Positions 28,502 to 37,373 of a stretch of 64,000 nucleotides of DNA are shown here, one piece after another. The first letter of the stretch is position 1. Each line of letters opens with the position of its first letter. The DNA is from Vulcanimicrobiota bacterium (lineage in GTDB: Bacteria; Vulcanimicrobiota; CADAWZ01; Ess09-12). The stretch is from assembly GCA_031082125.1 (NCBI GenBank), contig JAVHLM010000002.1, positions 239,012-303,011 of the forward strand, read 5' to 3'. The notes under the pieces were generated by a model. It worked only from the letters and a program-made list of their open reading frames with translations. It ran no database searches and was not told where the DNA came from. A program made the position numbers and the translations under genes.

Positions 28502-30322
28502 ATGAAAGATTCAAAATATGTGATAGGAATAGACCTTGGCACTACCAACAGCGCCATGGCCTATGGAGACACCACTGTTCCCTCCGGGGAGCAGCGCCAC
28601 GTGATTTTTGACATCCCGCAGGTGGTGCAGGCCGGCGAAGTGGAGAGCCGCCCCGTCCTCCCCTCCTTCACCTACCTGCCTGGCGACCATGAGCTCCCCG
28701 AGGGGAGCCTTGCCCTTCCCTGGGACGGCGGGAGAGCCTTTGCCGTGGGAGAATTTGCCCGCGACCAGGGCGCCAAGGTCCCCCACCGCCTCGTGTCGTC
28801 CGCCAAGTCATGGCTCTGTAATGGCGGCGTGGATCGCACGGATGCCATCCTTCCCTGGAAGAGCCCAGATGAGGTGGAGAAAATCTCTCCTGTCGAGGTG
28901 TCAAGGCGTTACCTTGCCCACATGAAAGAGGCCTGGGACCATCATCCCGAGATTTCTGGCGGGTCCCCCTTTGAGGACCAGGAGATTGTGCTCACTGTCC
29001 CCGCGTCCTTTGATGCCGTCGCCAGGGAGCTCACCGTGAAGGCTGCCACCGAGGCAGGCTTCACCTGCACCCTGCTGGAGGAGCCTCAGGCAGCTCTCTA
29101 TGCGTGGCTCAGCACCATGGGAGACAAATGGCGCAAGCTCCTTGCCGTGGGCGACCTGATCTTTGTCTGCGACATAGGCGGCGGTACCACAGACTTCAGT
29201 CTTATCTCCGTCAGTGAAGAGGGAGGTGACCTGGTGCTTGAGCGGATTGCCGTAGGGGACCATATCCTGCTGGGCGGCGACAACATGGATCTTGCCCTTG
29301 CAATGGCCGTAAGCAACCGCCTCAGGGAGGACGGCACAAAGCTCGATTCGTGGCAGCTCAAGGCGCTCTGCCAGAGTGCACGCACGGCCAAGGAAAACAT
29401 GCTCCGCGACATGAAGATGAAGAAGCACCAGCTCGTAGTTCCCGGAAGGGGAAGCAAGCTCATAGGCGGCTCTGTGAAAGCCGATCTTACCCGCGACGAG
29501 CTCGAGACGGTGCTCATCGAAGGATTCTTTCCTCAGGTTGCCTCCGATGACCACCCCGAGCGGGGGACGAGGATAGGCCTCACGGAACTGGGCCTCCCCT
29601 ATGAGGCCGATGCCGCCGTGACAAAGCACATCGCAAAGTTTCTCTCTGTCCATCAGCGCTCCATGGCCCGCGGCAGAGATGATGACGGCTTTGTTCTTCC
29701 CACGGCCATTCTCTTCAACGGGGGTGTCCTCAAGAGTCCCCTCATCTGTGAGAGGATAGTGAAAGTGATCAAAAGCTGGGCATCCGACGAGAGTGCCGGG
29801 GAGATTAAAGTGCTTGAAGGCACTGACCGTGATCTCGCCGTGGCGGTGGGGGCCTCCTATTACGGCATGGTGAAGAAGGGGAGCGGGATAAGGATAAGAG
29901 GCGGCACGGCACGGTCGTACTATATAGGCATTGAAACCTCAATGCCTGCCGTTCCCGGCATGAGACCGCCCCTCAAGGCCCTCTGCGTGGCTCCCCAGGG
30001 GATGGAGGAAGGTACAGAGGCGGAGCTTCCCGGCAGGGAATTCGGTCTTGTCGTGGGAGAACCCGTGGAGTTCAGGTTCCTTTCCTCGTCGCAGAGGAAT
30101 GAGGACAACGTCGGGACCCTCGTCGAAGAGTGGGATGACGAGCTCCAGGAGCTTCCCGCCCTCAGGGTCGAGCTTCCCCCCGAGGGTGTCGAGCACAGGG
30201 TGGTGCCTGTGACCCTCAGGGCCAATGTCACCGAGGTGGGAACCCTTGAGCTCTGGTGTGTCGAGGGTGAAGACGGGCGGCGCTGGAAGCTGGAGTTCGA
30301 CGTGAGGGAAAAGGACGAGTGA
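28502..30322 (+). CDS. Hsp70-family ATPase, non-canonical (short beta C-terminal region, no helical lid)
   Basis: 606 aa from ATG 28502 (RBS TGAGGTG). Hsp70 NBD motifs VIGIDLGTTNSAMA, VPASFD, CDIGGGTTDFSL; SYYIGIE beta region; ends ~150 aa after NBD. Confidence 0.8.
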   Translation: MKDSKYVIGIDLGTTNSAMAYGDTTVPSGEQRHVIFDIPQVVQAGEVESRPVLPSFTYLPGDHELPEGSLALPWDGGRAFAVGEFARDQGAKVPHRLVSSAKSWLCNGGVDRTDAILPWKSPDEVEKISPVEVSRRYLAHMKEAWDHHPEISGGSPFEDQEIVLTVPASFDAVARELTVKAATEAGFTCTLLEEPQAALYAWLSTMGDKWRKLLAVGDLIFVCDIGGGTTDFSLISVSEEGGDLVLERIAVGDHILLGGDNMDLALAMAVSNRLREDGTKLDSWQLKALCQSARTAKENMLRDMKMKKHQLVVPGRGSKLIGGSVKADLTRDELETVLIEGFFPQVASDDHPERGTRIGLTELGLPYEADAAVTKHIAKFLSVHQRSMARGRDDDGFVLPTAILFNGGVLKSPLICERIVKVIKSWASDESAGEIKVLEGTDRDLAVAVGASYYGMVKKGSGIRIRGGTARSYYIGIETSMPAVPGMRPPLKALCVAPQGMEEGTEAELPGREFGLVVGEPVEFRFLSSSQRNEDNVGTLVEEWDDELQELPALRVELPPEGVEHRVVPVTLRANVTEVGTLELWCVEGEDGRRWKLEFDVREKDE

Positions 30323-30346
30323 CTTTAAAGAAGCGGAAGGGCTCAC

Positions 30347-33115
30347 ATGGAGGCTTCATCACGCTATTCCATAGGGATTGACCTGGGCACCACCAACTCA
30401 TCGGTGGCCTATATCGACAGGAACTCGCGGGCGAAGAGGCGCCCCATCCAGTTCCTGGAGATCCCTCAGGTCGTGGCCGAGGGCGAGGTGGCCTCGAGGC
30501 TGCTCCTCCCCTCCTTTCTTTACTTTCCCCGCGAGTTTGAAGTCCCCCGGGAGCAGCTTGGCCTCCCCTGGGACAGCGAGCGTGATCATGTCATCGGGGA
30601 GTTCGCCCGCGCCCGTTCAGCACTAGTGGCCGGCCGCGTGGTCTCATCGGCGAAGTCGTGGCTTTGCCATGCCAAAGTGGACCGCAGGGCCCCCCTGCTC
30701 CCCTGGGGCTCACCGGAGGGAGAGCGCACCATCTCGCCTCTTGATGCCACGCGATGCTTTCTCTGTCACCTGAAGGAGGCCTGGAATCACGACATGGCAT
30801 CTCATGATGACGGAGCCCGCATGGAGCAGCAGGAGCTGGTCATCACCGTCCCCGCCTCTTTTGACGAAGCGGCGCGGGAGCTTACAGTGGAGGCAGCACG
30901 GACCTGCGGACTCTCAAGAATCATCCTGCTGGAAGAGCCTCAGGCAGCCTTTTATTCCTGGCTTTATTCCCATGAAGCCTCATGGAGGAGGAGCCTCAAG
31001 GGGCTCTCAGTCATCCTGGTCTGTGACGTGGGAGGGGGCACAAGCGATTTCACCCTGATCAGGGTGGAGCATGGCACCGACGACCTCTCCCTCAGGAGAG
31101 TCGCCGTAGGTGAGCATCTTCTTCTGGGCGGCGACAACATGGATCTTGCCCTGGCCCGCCATATGGAGAAGAAAGTCTTTCATGGCGAAAGGAAGCTTGA
31201 CAGCGCAGGGTGGTCCATGCTCTGCCAGCAATGCAGGAGCGCCAAGGAAAAGGCCTTCATGGAGAACCCGCCGCCCGAGTTTTCCCTCACCATCACAGGG
31301 CGGGGAAGCCGGCTCGTGGGAGGGGCCTCTTCTGCACTCATCACAAGGGATGAGGTGGTGAGCCTTCTGATGGAGGGCTTTCTTCCCGATGTCCTCTACG
31401 GTGAGCCTGTAATCTCTTCAAGGGGAGCGGGCCTCAAGGAGTGGGGCCTTCCCTACGCCAATGACCCTGCCATCACAAGGCACCTCTCGGAGTTCCTTCG
31501 GCACCATCTCCCCGGCAGTGAATTTCCCGACGCGGTGCTCTTCAACGGGGGAGCCCTCTCTCCCGTTGCGCTCCAGGAGCGGATCGTCAATATTCTGGAG
31601 AAATGGCGAGGCCCCGGTAATCCCCTCAGGATCCTTCCCAACCGGTTTCCCGAGCATGCCGTGTCAAGGGGCGCCGCCTATTTCGGGCTGGTGCGCACAG
31701 GCGAAGGGGTGCGCATCGGCGGCGGCACGCCGCGCTCGTACTATGTCGGCGTCGAGGTGGCCGACAGAGGCCGCGGGCTTCCTCCCCCCGGCACACAGGT
31801 ACTCTGCCTTGTCCCGAAGGATCTCCTCACGGAGGAGGTACAGGAGATCAGGGGGCATGAGTTCTCCCTGCTGCTGGGCCGCCCCGTGAGCTTTGCCCTG
31901 TTTTCCTCAACGCGCAGGGATGAAGATCTCCCGGGAGAGCTGCATCTCATCGATCCCGACGAGCTTGAAAAGCTCCCTCCCCTCTACACCGTCCTGTCCC
32001 ATGAAGGCACTGAAGGCGAGGTCCCTGTCCATCTCAGGGCCTGGATCACCGAAATCGGCACCCTTGAGCTCTGGTGCGTCTCCGAGGCTGAGCAGTGGAA
32101 GCTTCAATTTGCCCTCGCGGCGGGCCCTGCCGCCGCCGCAGAGAAAGGTGAAGAGCCGCCATCCCTGGCGCCATCCATAGCAAGGGATGCCAAGGAACTT
32201 GTGGCAGCGGCATTTCAGAAGAAAGGATCGCAGGAGGTGAAGCCCCGCGGCCTTCTCTCGGCTCTTGAAGAGATGACGCACGGGAAGCGCGAGCTCTGGC
32301 CCATGGCCTTTTCCAGGGAAATCGGGGATGCCGCCCTCCAGGTGGCGGGAAGAAGGAGGAGCACTCCCACCGCCGAGGCGAGCTGGTTCAATGTTGCAGG
32401 CTTTGCGCTTCGCCCGGGATTCGGCTACCCTCTTGACGAGTGGAGAATGGAAAAGGTGTGGTCTCTTTTTCCCCACTGGCTCCAGCACCACCGCGATCCT
32501 CAGTGCCGCCTTGAATGGTGGATTTTCTGGCGCCGCTGTGCAGGCGGTCTTGATGAGAAAGCTCAGGAGCAGATCTTTGACAGGGTGAGCCCTTACCTTT
32601 TCCCGGGGAGAAAGCACATCAGGACATTTCCCGGCCCTGCTCCCGTGCGCATTGAATTTCTCGAAATGATGAGGACGGCCTCATGTATTGAAAAAATTTC
32701 AGGACATGGCCGCTCCATGCTGGGCGACTATGTCCAGGCCCACCTGAAAAGCCATCCCGAAGCCGCCGACTGGTACTGGATGATTGCGCGGATAGGCTCC
32801 CGGATCCCCTTTGCTTCAGGTGCTGACAAGGTCCTTGCGCCTGAGACCGTATCCCCCTGGGTGGAGACCCTTGTCTCCCTCCCATGGCAGGGCTCCCAGG
32901 GAGCCTTTGCCCTTTCAAGGATTGCCCGCCTCACGGGCGACAGGGCCCGCGATATCGATGAGCCGCTGAGGATGGCGGCGGTAAAGAGGCTTCGGGCCTC
33001 GGGATGCGATGAAGAACTAATTGCGCCGCTCCTGGAGGTCGTGGAAGACAGGACTGCTGACCAGAGTATGGTCTTCGGCGAGTCACTCCCGCCGGGCCTT
33101 ACGGTAAAATCCTGA
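30347..33115 (+). CDS. Hsp70-family ATPase paralog with ~300-aa Trp-rich C-terminal extension
   Basis: 922 aa; SIGIDLGTTNSSVA, VPASFD, CDVGGGTSDFTL, SYYVGVE; same architecture as upstream paralog plus unique tail. Confidence 0.8.
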   Translation: MEASSRYSIGIDLGTTNSSVAYIDRNSRAKRRPIQFLEIPQVVAEGEVASRLLLPSFLYFPREFEVPREQLGLPWDSERDHVIGEFARARSALVAGRVVSSAKSWLCHAKVDRRAPLLPWGSPEGERTISPLDATRCFLCHLKEAWNHDMASHDDGARMEQQELVITVPASFDEAARELTVEAARTCGLSRIILLEEPQAAFYSWLYSHEASWRRSLKGLSVILVCDVGGGTSDFTLIRVEHGTDDLSLRRVAVGEHLLLGGDNMDLALARHMEKKVFHGERKLDSAGWSMLCQQCRSAKEKAFMENPPPEFSLTITGRGSRLVGGASSALITRDEVVSLLMEGFLPDVLYGEPVISSRGAGLKEWGLPYANDPAITRHLSEFLRHHLPGSEFPDAVLFNGGALSPVALQERIVNILEKWRGPGNPLRILPNRFPEHAVSRGAAYFGLVRTGEGVRIGGGTPRSYYVGVEVADRGRGLPPPGTQVLCLVPKDLLTEEVQEIRGHEFSLLLGRPVSFALFSSTRRDEDLPGELHLIDPDELEKLPPLYTVLSHEGTEGEVPVHLRAWITEIGTLELWCVSEAEQWKLQFALAAGPAAAAEKGEEPPSLAPSIARDAKELVAAAFQKKGSQEVKPRGLLSALEEMTHGKRELWPMAFSREIGDAALQVAGRRRSTPTAEASWFNVAGFALRPGFGYPLDEWRMEKVWSLFPHWLQHHRDPQCRLEWWIFWRRCAGGLDEKAQEQIFDRVSPYLFPGRKHIRTFPGPAPVRIEFLEMMRTASCIEKISGHGRSMLGDYVQAHLKSHPEAADWYWMIARIGSRIPFASGADKVLAPETVSPWVETLVSLPWQGSQGAFALSRIARLTGDRARDIDEPLRMAAVKRLRASGCDEELIAPLLEVVEDRTADQSMVFGESLPPGLTVKS

Positions 33116-33121
33116 AAATGC

Positions 33122-33150
33122 TTGATTTTATTGTCAGTATGGTTTACAAT
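33122..33150 (+). promoter_or_regulatory. Predicted promoter (TTGATT-17-TACAAT) upstream of repeat-protein gene
   Basis: TTGATTttattgtcagtatggttTACAAT followed by AAGGGGGG RBS and ATG 33179. Confidence 0.45.
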
Positions 33151-33178
33151 AGAAGGGTAAAAAAAGGGGGGAAAAATT

Positions 33179-33640
33179 ATGGATAATCTCGGCAGCGTTT
33201 ACGGACCTTCATTTTCCAAGGGGCCTCTGATGCTGGTAGGGTGGAATGCAAGGGAGGACAAGCTTTCGGTGCAGACAGGCACCACCTTTATTGACTATCC
33301 TGGAACCGACAAGGATGTCATGATCCGTTGTGAGCAGGATTCCATCATCATAGACAGGAAAAGCGACGTGCCCGCGGTCATCATAAAGAGAAACGGCGAC
33401 GATATAGAGGTCCACAAGGAAGGACAAGATGCCGATGTGAGGATCAAGCGGAGCGGCAATGAGATTTACGTGGACAGGAAAGGGATGGATGAAGACGTGA
33501 CCATATCGCGCCAGGGCACCCTCGTGATCTTTGACCGCATGGGGCAGGATCGCGATGTGAAGATATCATCAACCTCCGATCACGGCGTCAATTTCCCTGT
33601 GTACATCACATGGGAAGGCGAAGTCATTGAGCAGGTCTGA
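33179..33640 (+). CDS. Hypothetical protein with ~9 tandem 10-12-aa repeats (153 aa)
   Basis: Periodic pattern hydrophobic-x-hydrophobic-x-(R/K)-x-G-x-D-x-D, e.g. IEVHKEGQDAD / VRIKRSGNE / IYVDRKGMDED / VIFDRMGQDRD. Confidence 0.5.
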   Translation: MDNLGSVYGPSFSKGPLMLVGWNAREDKLSVQTGTTFIDYPGTDKDVMIRCEQDSIIIDRKSDVPAVIIKRNGDDIEVHKEGQDADVRIKRSGNEIYVDRKGMDEDVTISRQGTLVIFDRMGQDRDVKISSTSDHGVNFPVYITWEGEVIEQV

Positions 33641-33663
33641 TGACAGCTTGTGACCAGGACCCA

Positions 33664-33695
33664 GGGATCTCTTAAGAGAGATCTTTTTCTTTTTC
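33664..33695 (+). terminator. Possible intrinsic terminator (AT-rich 7-bp stem, T-tract)
   Basis: gatctctTAAGagagatc followed by tttttcttttt, 25 nt after the stop of the repeat-protein gene; stem is weak. Confidence 0.4.
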
Positions 33696-33716
33696 AGGTC
33701 AGGCCCTTCCCCCTTA

Positions 33717-33745
33717 TTGACAGCGGCCGAAAAGGGGTGTAAAAT
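33717..33745 (+). promoter_or_regulatory. Predicted promoter of kinase gene (TTGACA-17-TAAAAT)
   Basis: TTGACAgcggccgaaaaggggtgTAAAAT ~30 nt upstream of ATG 33777. Confidence 0.55.
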
Positions 33746-33776
33746 CTCTATATTCCCCCTGTAAGGAACTCTCCTG

Positions 33777-36700
33777 ATGCTTGGAACGGTATTTATAGGA
33801 AGATACAAGGTAATAGAAGAACTCGGCCGCGGCGGCATGGGTATTGTCTACAGGGGAGAGGATCCTGCCCTGGAGAGGCCTGTCGCCATCAAGGTACTTC
33901 CCCCCAAGAAGCTTTCACAGAAAAAAGCCATCAAGCGTTTTCTCCGTGAGGCCCGAGTCTCGGCGCGCCTTGATCACCCCAGGATTGTCAAGATCTATGA
34001 CATCGGCGAGGAAGAGGGCATCTACCACATTGTCATGGAGTACGTGTCGGGGAAGGGGCTGCGCGATCTCATCGAGGAGCGCGAGAGTGTCGGGCAGATC
34101 GACATAGACGACATGACGCGCCTTTTCAAGCAGATATGCCAGGCCATCGAGTATGCCCACAGCCTGAAGATTGTGCACCGTGACATCAAGCCGGAAAACA
34201 TCATGGTGACCACCGAGGGGAATGCCAAGGTCATGGACTTCGGCCTTGCCGTCCTCGAGGACCGCCATTCAATCACCGAGATGGGCGCCGTAATGGGGAC
34301 GATAGCCTATTTCTCCCCTGAGCAGGCCCGCGGTGAGCCTGCCGATCACCGTGCCGATATCTACTCGCTCGGCGTGGTATTCTACGAGATGCTCACTAAC
34401 GCGCTTCCCTTTGAGGCTACCAACCCCTCGGACATGATCCAGAAGCATCTCCAGGCGCTTCCCCTCTCGCCTGTCAAGCGGAACCCCTCGGTGCCGCCCC
34501 TCCTGGAGAGCCTTATCCTGAAGTGCCTCCGCAAGCTCCCCGACGACCGTTATGGTGACGTCTCCGAGCTGACAGCCGAGCTTTCGCGCTACATCCGCTC
34601 AAGGGAGAAGCAGAAGGAAGAGCCTCGCCCTGAAGCGCTGGCGCCGGAGCCTGTCCAGGGGCCGCCTCCCAAGGTTGAATGGCCCTTTTCTCCCCCTCAG
34701 AGTGACTCTGTGCCCCACGTCCATTACCAGCCGCCACGGGAAATGGAGCACCTGGCCACTCCCCAGGGAGAGGAGGAAGAGGACGAGGGGCCTGTTCCCG
34801 AGCTTCCTCATCATCTGATCCCGCCCGAGGAGGCCGATGGCAGGGCCTTTCACCCCGCGGACATACCGGCCCAAACACCTCCACCCGCCGAAGCGCCGCC
34901 CGGGCAGAAATTCCAGCCGGTTGCAGGAACAACTCCCCTTGCGAGTCCTCAATGGATGATGGAGGCCAAGGAGGAAGCCGAGCAGGATCGCTACCAGGCC
35001 TTCATGGACAAGCTCAGGCGCGATGCCGCTGTCCGCTCCCATGCCACTGAAATGGAGGTGGCACCCACGCCTGCCGCCGTGGTATGCGCCAAGTGCGGCC
35101 TTGAGAACACGGGAGACAAGAAGTACTGTGTGGACTGCGGGAGCCTTCTCGCCCCCAGCTACTTTGTCGCTGCCCGCGAGGCGATCCATCACAATGACCA
35201 GGGGGTCATCTACTTTGAGGAGGGCCAGCTTGAGAGGGCTCTCTTCGAGTTCCAGCAGGCTCTTGCCCGCGATCCCGACATGGCCGAGGCGCGCTTCAAC
35301 ATTGCAAGGGTCTATCTGGAAAGGGGGGAGTTTGAAAAGGCTTTCGAGGCTTTCAGGGAATTCTCCCATCTTCAGCCAGACAACCCCCAGCCCTATCTTT
35401 ACCTGGCCGATATTTACCGGAAGCAGGATCGGAAGGATCTTGCCATCAACGAGTACATTAAGGCCATCAAGCTCAATCCCTCAGACGCGGCGGTGCGCTG
35501 CCAGCTCGCTTTCCTCTATTCCCAGCAGGGTGCCCTTCCCCAGGCCATCCAGGAATACAGAGTGGCCCAGAACATTGACCCCGAGAATATTGAGGCTCAC
35601 CGCCAGCTCGGCTTCATCTATGCGGGCCTCGAGCAGGTTGATGACGCCATAAGGGAGTTCGAGTGGGTCGTGAAGCTCGACCCCGGCAACCAGCAGGCTT
35701 ACACGTGGCTGGGAAACCTTTATACGAAGCGCCGTCGCTATGGCAATGCCGAGAAGGTCTATACCATGGCCCTCTCCCTCAACCCTGCCGATGCCGGCAT
35801 TCATGCCCAGCTTGGCGGCCTCTACGAGATGCAGAACAGGGAGGAGCTCGCCTTCCAGTCGCTCTTCCGGGCTGTCTCCATCGACCAGGGAAATGCCGAG
35901 GCCAGGACCAGGCTTGCCGATCTCTACCTGAAGCACCACCAGCCCCAGATGGCCGTCAAGGAGCTTGAGGCCGTCGTCACCCACCACCCCAACGATCTGA
36001 AGATCCACCAGCAGCTCGGTGAGCTCTATCTTCATCTCAACAAGTTTGATGAGGCCCTCGATCACTTTGAGAAAACAGTGAACCTCTCGCCGGGGACTGC
36101 CGACCTTCACAACAAGCTGGGAAGACTCTATCTGAAGAAGGACTTCAACCAGCTCAGCATCCTGGAATACCAGAAGGCCGTGAGTCTCGATCCCTGCAAC
36201 CCCGAGTATCATGAGGATCTTGGAATGGCCTACTACTGCCAGAACAGGAATGATATGGCCATCCAGGAGCTCAGGAAGGCCGTCACCCTTGACAGTCGGA
36301 ACGTCGATTACTACAAGGCGCTTGGCGTGATGCTCGAAGAGGAGGGCCGTCTCGACGAGGCCATAAAGATGCTGAAAAAGGCCCAGGAGATGGACAGGAA
36401 GGATCCCATGATCCATGCCCTCATGGGGAAGGTCTATTTCTCCCAGGGCCTGATGAACATGGCCATCTTCGAGTACCAGAAGGCCCTTGAGCTCCAGCCC
36501 ACCAATTACCTCTTCCATATCTACATGGCCAAGGCCTATTCCCGCCAGGAGAAGGTTGACGCCGCAATCGAGGCATTCAGGAAAGCGATTGAGCTCATGC
36601 CGGGCGCCCGAGGCGCGGAATACAACATCGTGATGGGGAAAGCCTATGTCGATCTTGGCAAGGCTTACCTGGATAAGGGCGATCTCAACCTTGCAAAGGA

Positions 36701-37301
36701 AGTGCTCCTTACGGCATACAAGCTCACCCCGCAGAATGCCAGGGTCTCCCATTACCTGGGGATCATATTCCTGGGCCTCAAGGACTTCAAGAACTCGCTG
36801 CACTATATCTCGGAGGCTCTCAACCTTGAGCCCAACAATGCCGATATCATGGCGGACCTGGGGAACCTTTACCTCGCCCGGGGCGACATTGAGCTCGCTA
36901 TAAGGGCTTTCAGGAGATCCATTGATCTCTCGCCTGACAGGTTTGATGTCTACGAGCTGCTCACCATGGTCCTCACCAGGGCCGGAAAGTTCTCAGATGC
37001 TGTCGAGGTGCTCCGCTCTGCGAAGGAACTCAATCACTCGCAGGCCGATCACTATCACTGGCTTATCGGAGGCCTTTTCCTGAAGCTCAAGGACCCGGAG
37101 AGCGCACGGGAGGAGTTCACGAGAGCCATCGCGATAAACAACAGGAACTGGAATTACTACTTTGATCTCGGCGGGGCATACCGCCTTCTCAACCGCAACG
37201 AGGAGGCATTCAGGGAGCTTGAGACGGCCTTCAGCCTCTGCAAGGACAAGAAATCCTCGGAGCTCATCATGGCAGAGCTTAAAAAGATAAGGGTGCGGTG
37301 A
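33777..37301 (+). CDS. Serine/threonine protein kinase with zinc-ribbon and >15 C-terminal TPR repeats
   Basis: 1174 aa; Hanks kinase motifs GRGGMGIVY, AIK, HRDIKPEN, DFG; Pro-rich linker; CAKCG ... CVDCG zinc ribbon; long array of 34-aa TPR units. Confidence 0.85.
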   Translation: MLGTVFIGRYKVIEELGRGGMGIVYRGEDPALERPVAIKVLPPKKLSQKKAIKRFLREARVSARLDHPRIVKIYDIGEEEGIYHIVMEYVSGKGLRDLIEERESVGQIDIDDMTRLFKQICQAIEYAHSLKIVHRDIKPENIMVTTEGNAKVMDFGLAVLEDRHSITEMGAVMGTIAYFSPEQARGEPADHRADIYSLGVVFYEMLTNALPFEATNPSDMIQKHLQALPLSPVKRNPSVPPLLESLILKCLRKLPDDRYGDVSELTAELSRYIRSREKQKEEPRPEALAPEPVQGPPPKVEWPFSPPQSDSVPHVHYQPPREMEHLATPQGEEEEDEGPVPELPHHLIPPEEADGRAFHPADIPAQTPPPAEAPPGQKFQPVAGTTPLASPQWMMEAKEEAEQDRYQAFMDKLRRDAAVRSHATEMEVAPTPAAVVCAKCGLENTGDKKYCVDCGSLLAPSYFVAAREAIHHNDQGVIYFEEGQLERALFEFQQALARDPDMAEARFNIARVYLERGEFEKAFEAFREFSHLQPDNPQPYLYLADIYRKQDRKDLAINEYIKAIKLNPSDAAVRCQLAFLYSQQGALPQAIQEYRVAQNIDPENIEAHRQLGFIYAGLEQVDDAIREFEWVVKLDPGNQQAYTWLGNLYTKRRRYGNAEKVYTMALSLNPADAGIHAQLGGLYEMQNREELAFQSLFRAVSIDQGNAEARTRLADLYLKHHQPQMAVKELEAVVTHHPNDLKIHQQLGELYLHLNKFDEALDHFEKTVNLSPGTADLHNKLGRLYLKKDFNQLSILEYQKAVSLDPCNPEYHEDLGMAYYCQNRNDMAIQELRKAVTLDSRNVDYYKALGVMLEEEGRLDEAIKMLKKAQEMDRKDPMIHALMGKVYFSQGLMNMAIFEYQKALELQPTNYLFHIYMAKAYSRQEKVDAAIEAFRKAIELMPGARGAEYNIVMGKAYVDLGKAYLDKGDLNLAKEVLLTAYKLTPQNARVSHYLGIIFLGLKDFKNSLHYISEALNLEPNNADIMADLGNLYLARGDIELAIRAFRRSIDLSPDRFDVYELLTMVLTRAGKFSDAVEVLRSAKELNHSQADHYHWLIGGLFLKLKDPESAREEFTRAIAINNRNWNYYFDLGGAYRLLNRNEEAFRELETAFSLCKDKKSSELIMAELKKIRVR

Positions 37302-37373
37302 GCCCCCTGCCAGGAATATCCGGGCGGATCCCTGTGTATCGTGAAGTACCCTCCTCTCTTCAGGACAGGACCT

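Noticed and set aside
27977-33115. Canonical dnaK-dnaJ-grpE operon
   Set aside because: Both Hsp70-like proteins lack the helical lid and no J-domain or GrpE ORF is adjacent, so they are called non-canonical Hsp70 paralogs rather than dnaK or hscA.
35481-36803. 440-aa minus-strand ORF
   Set aside because: Antisense to the TPR region of the Ser/Thr kinase; repetitive composition mirrors the TPR-coding strand.
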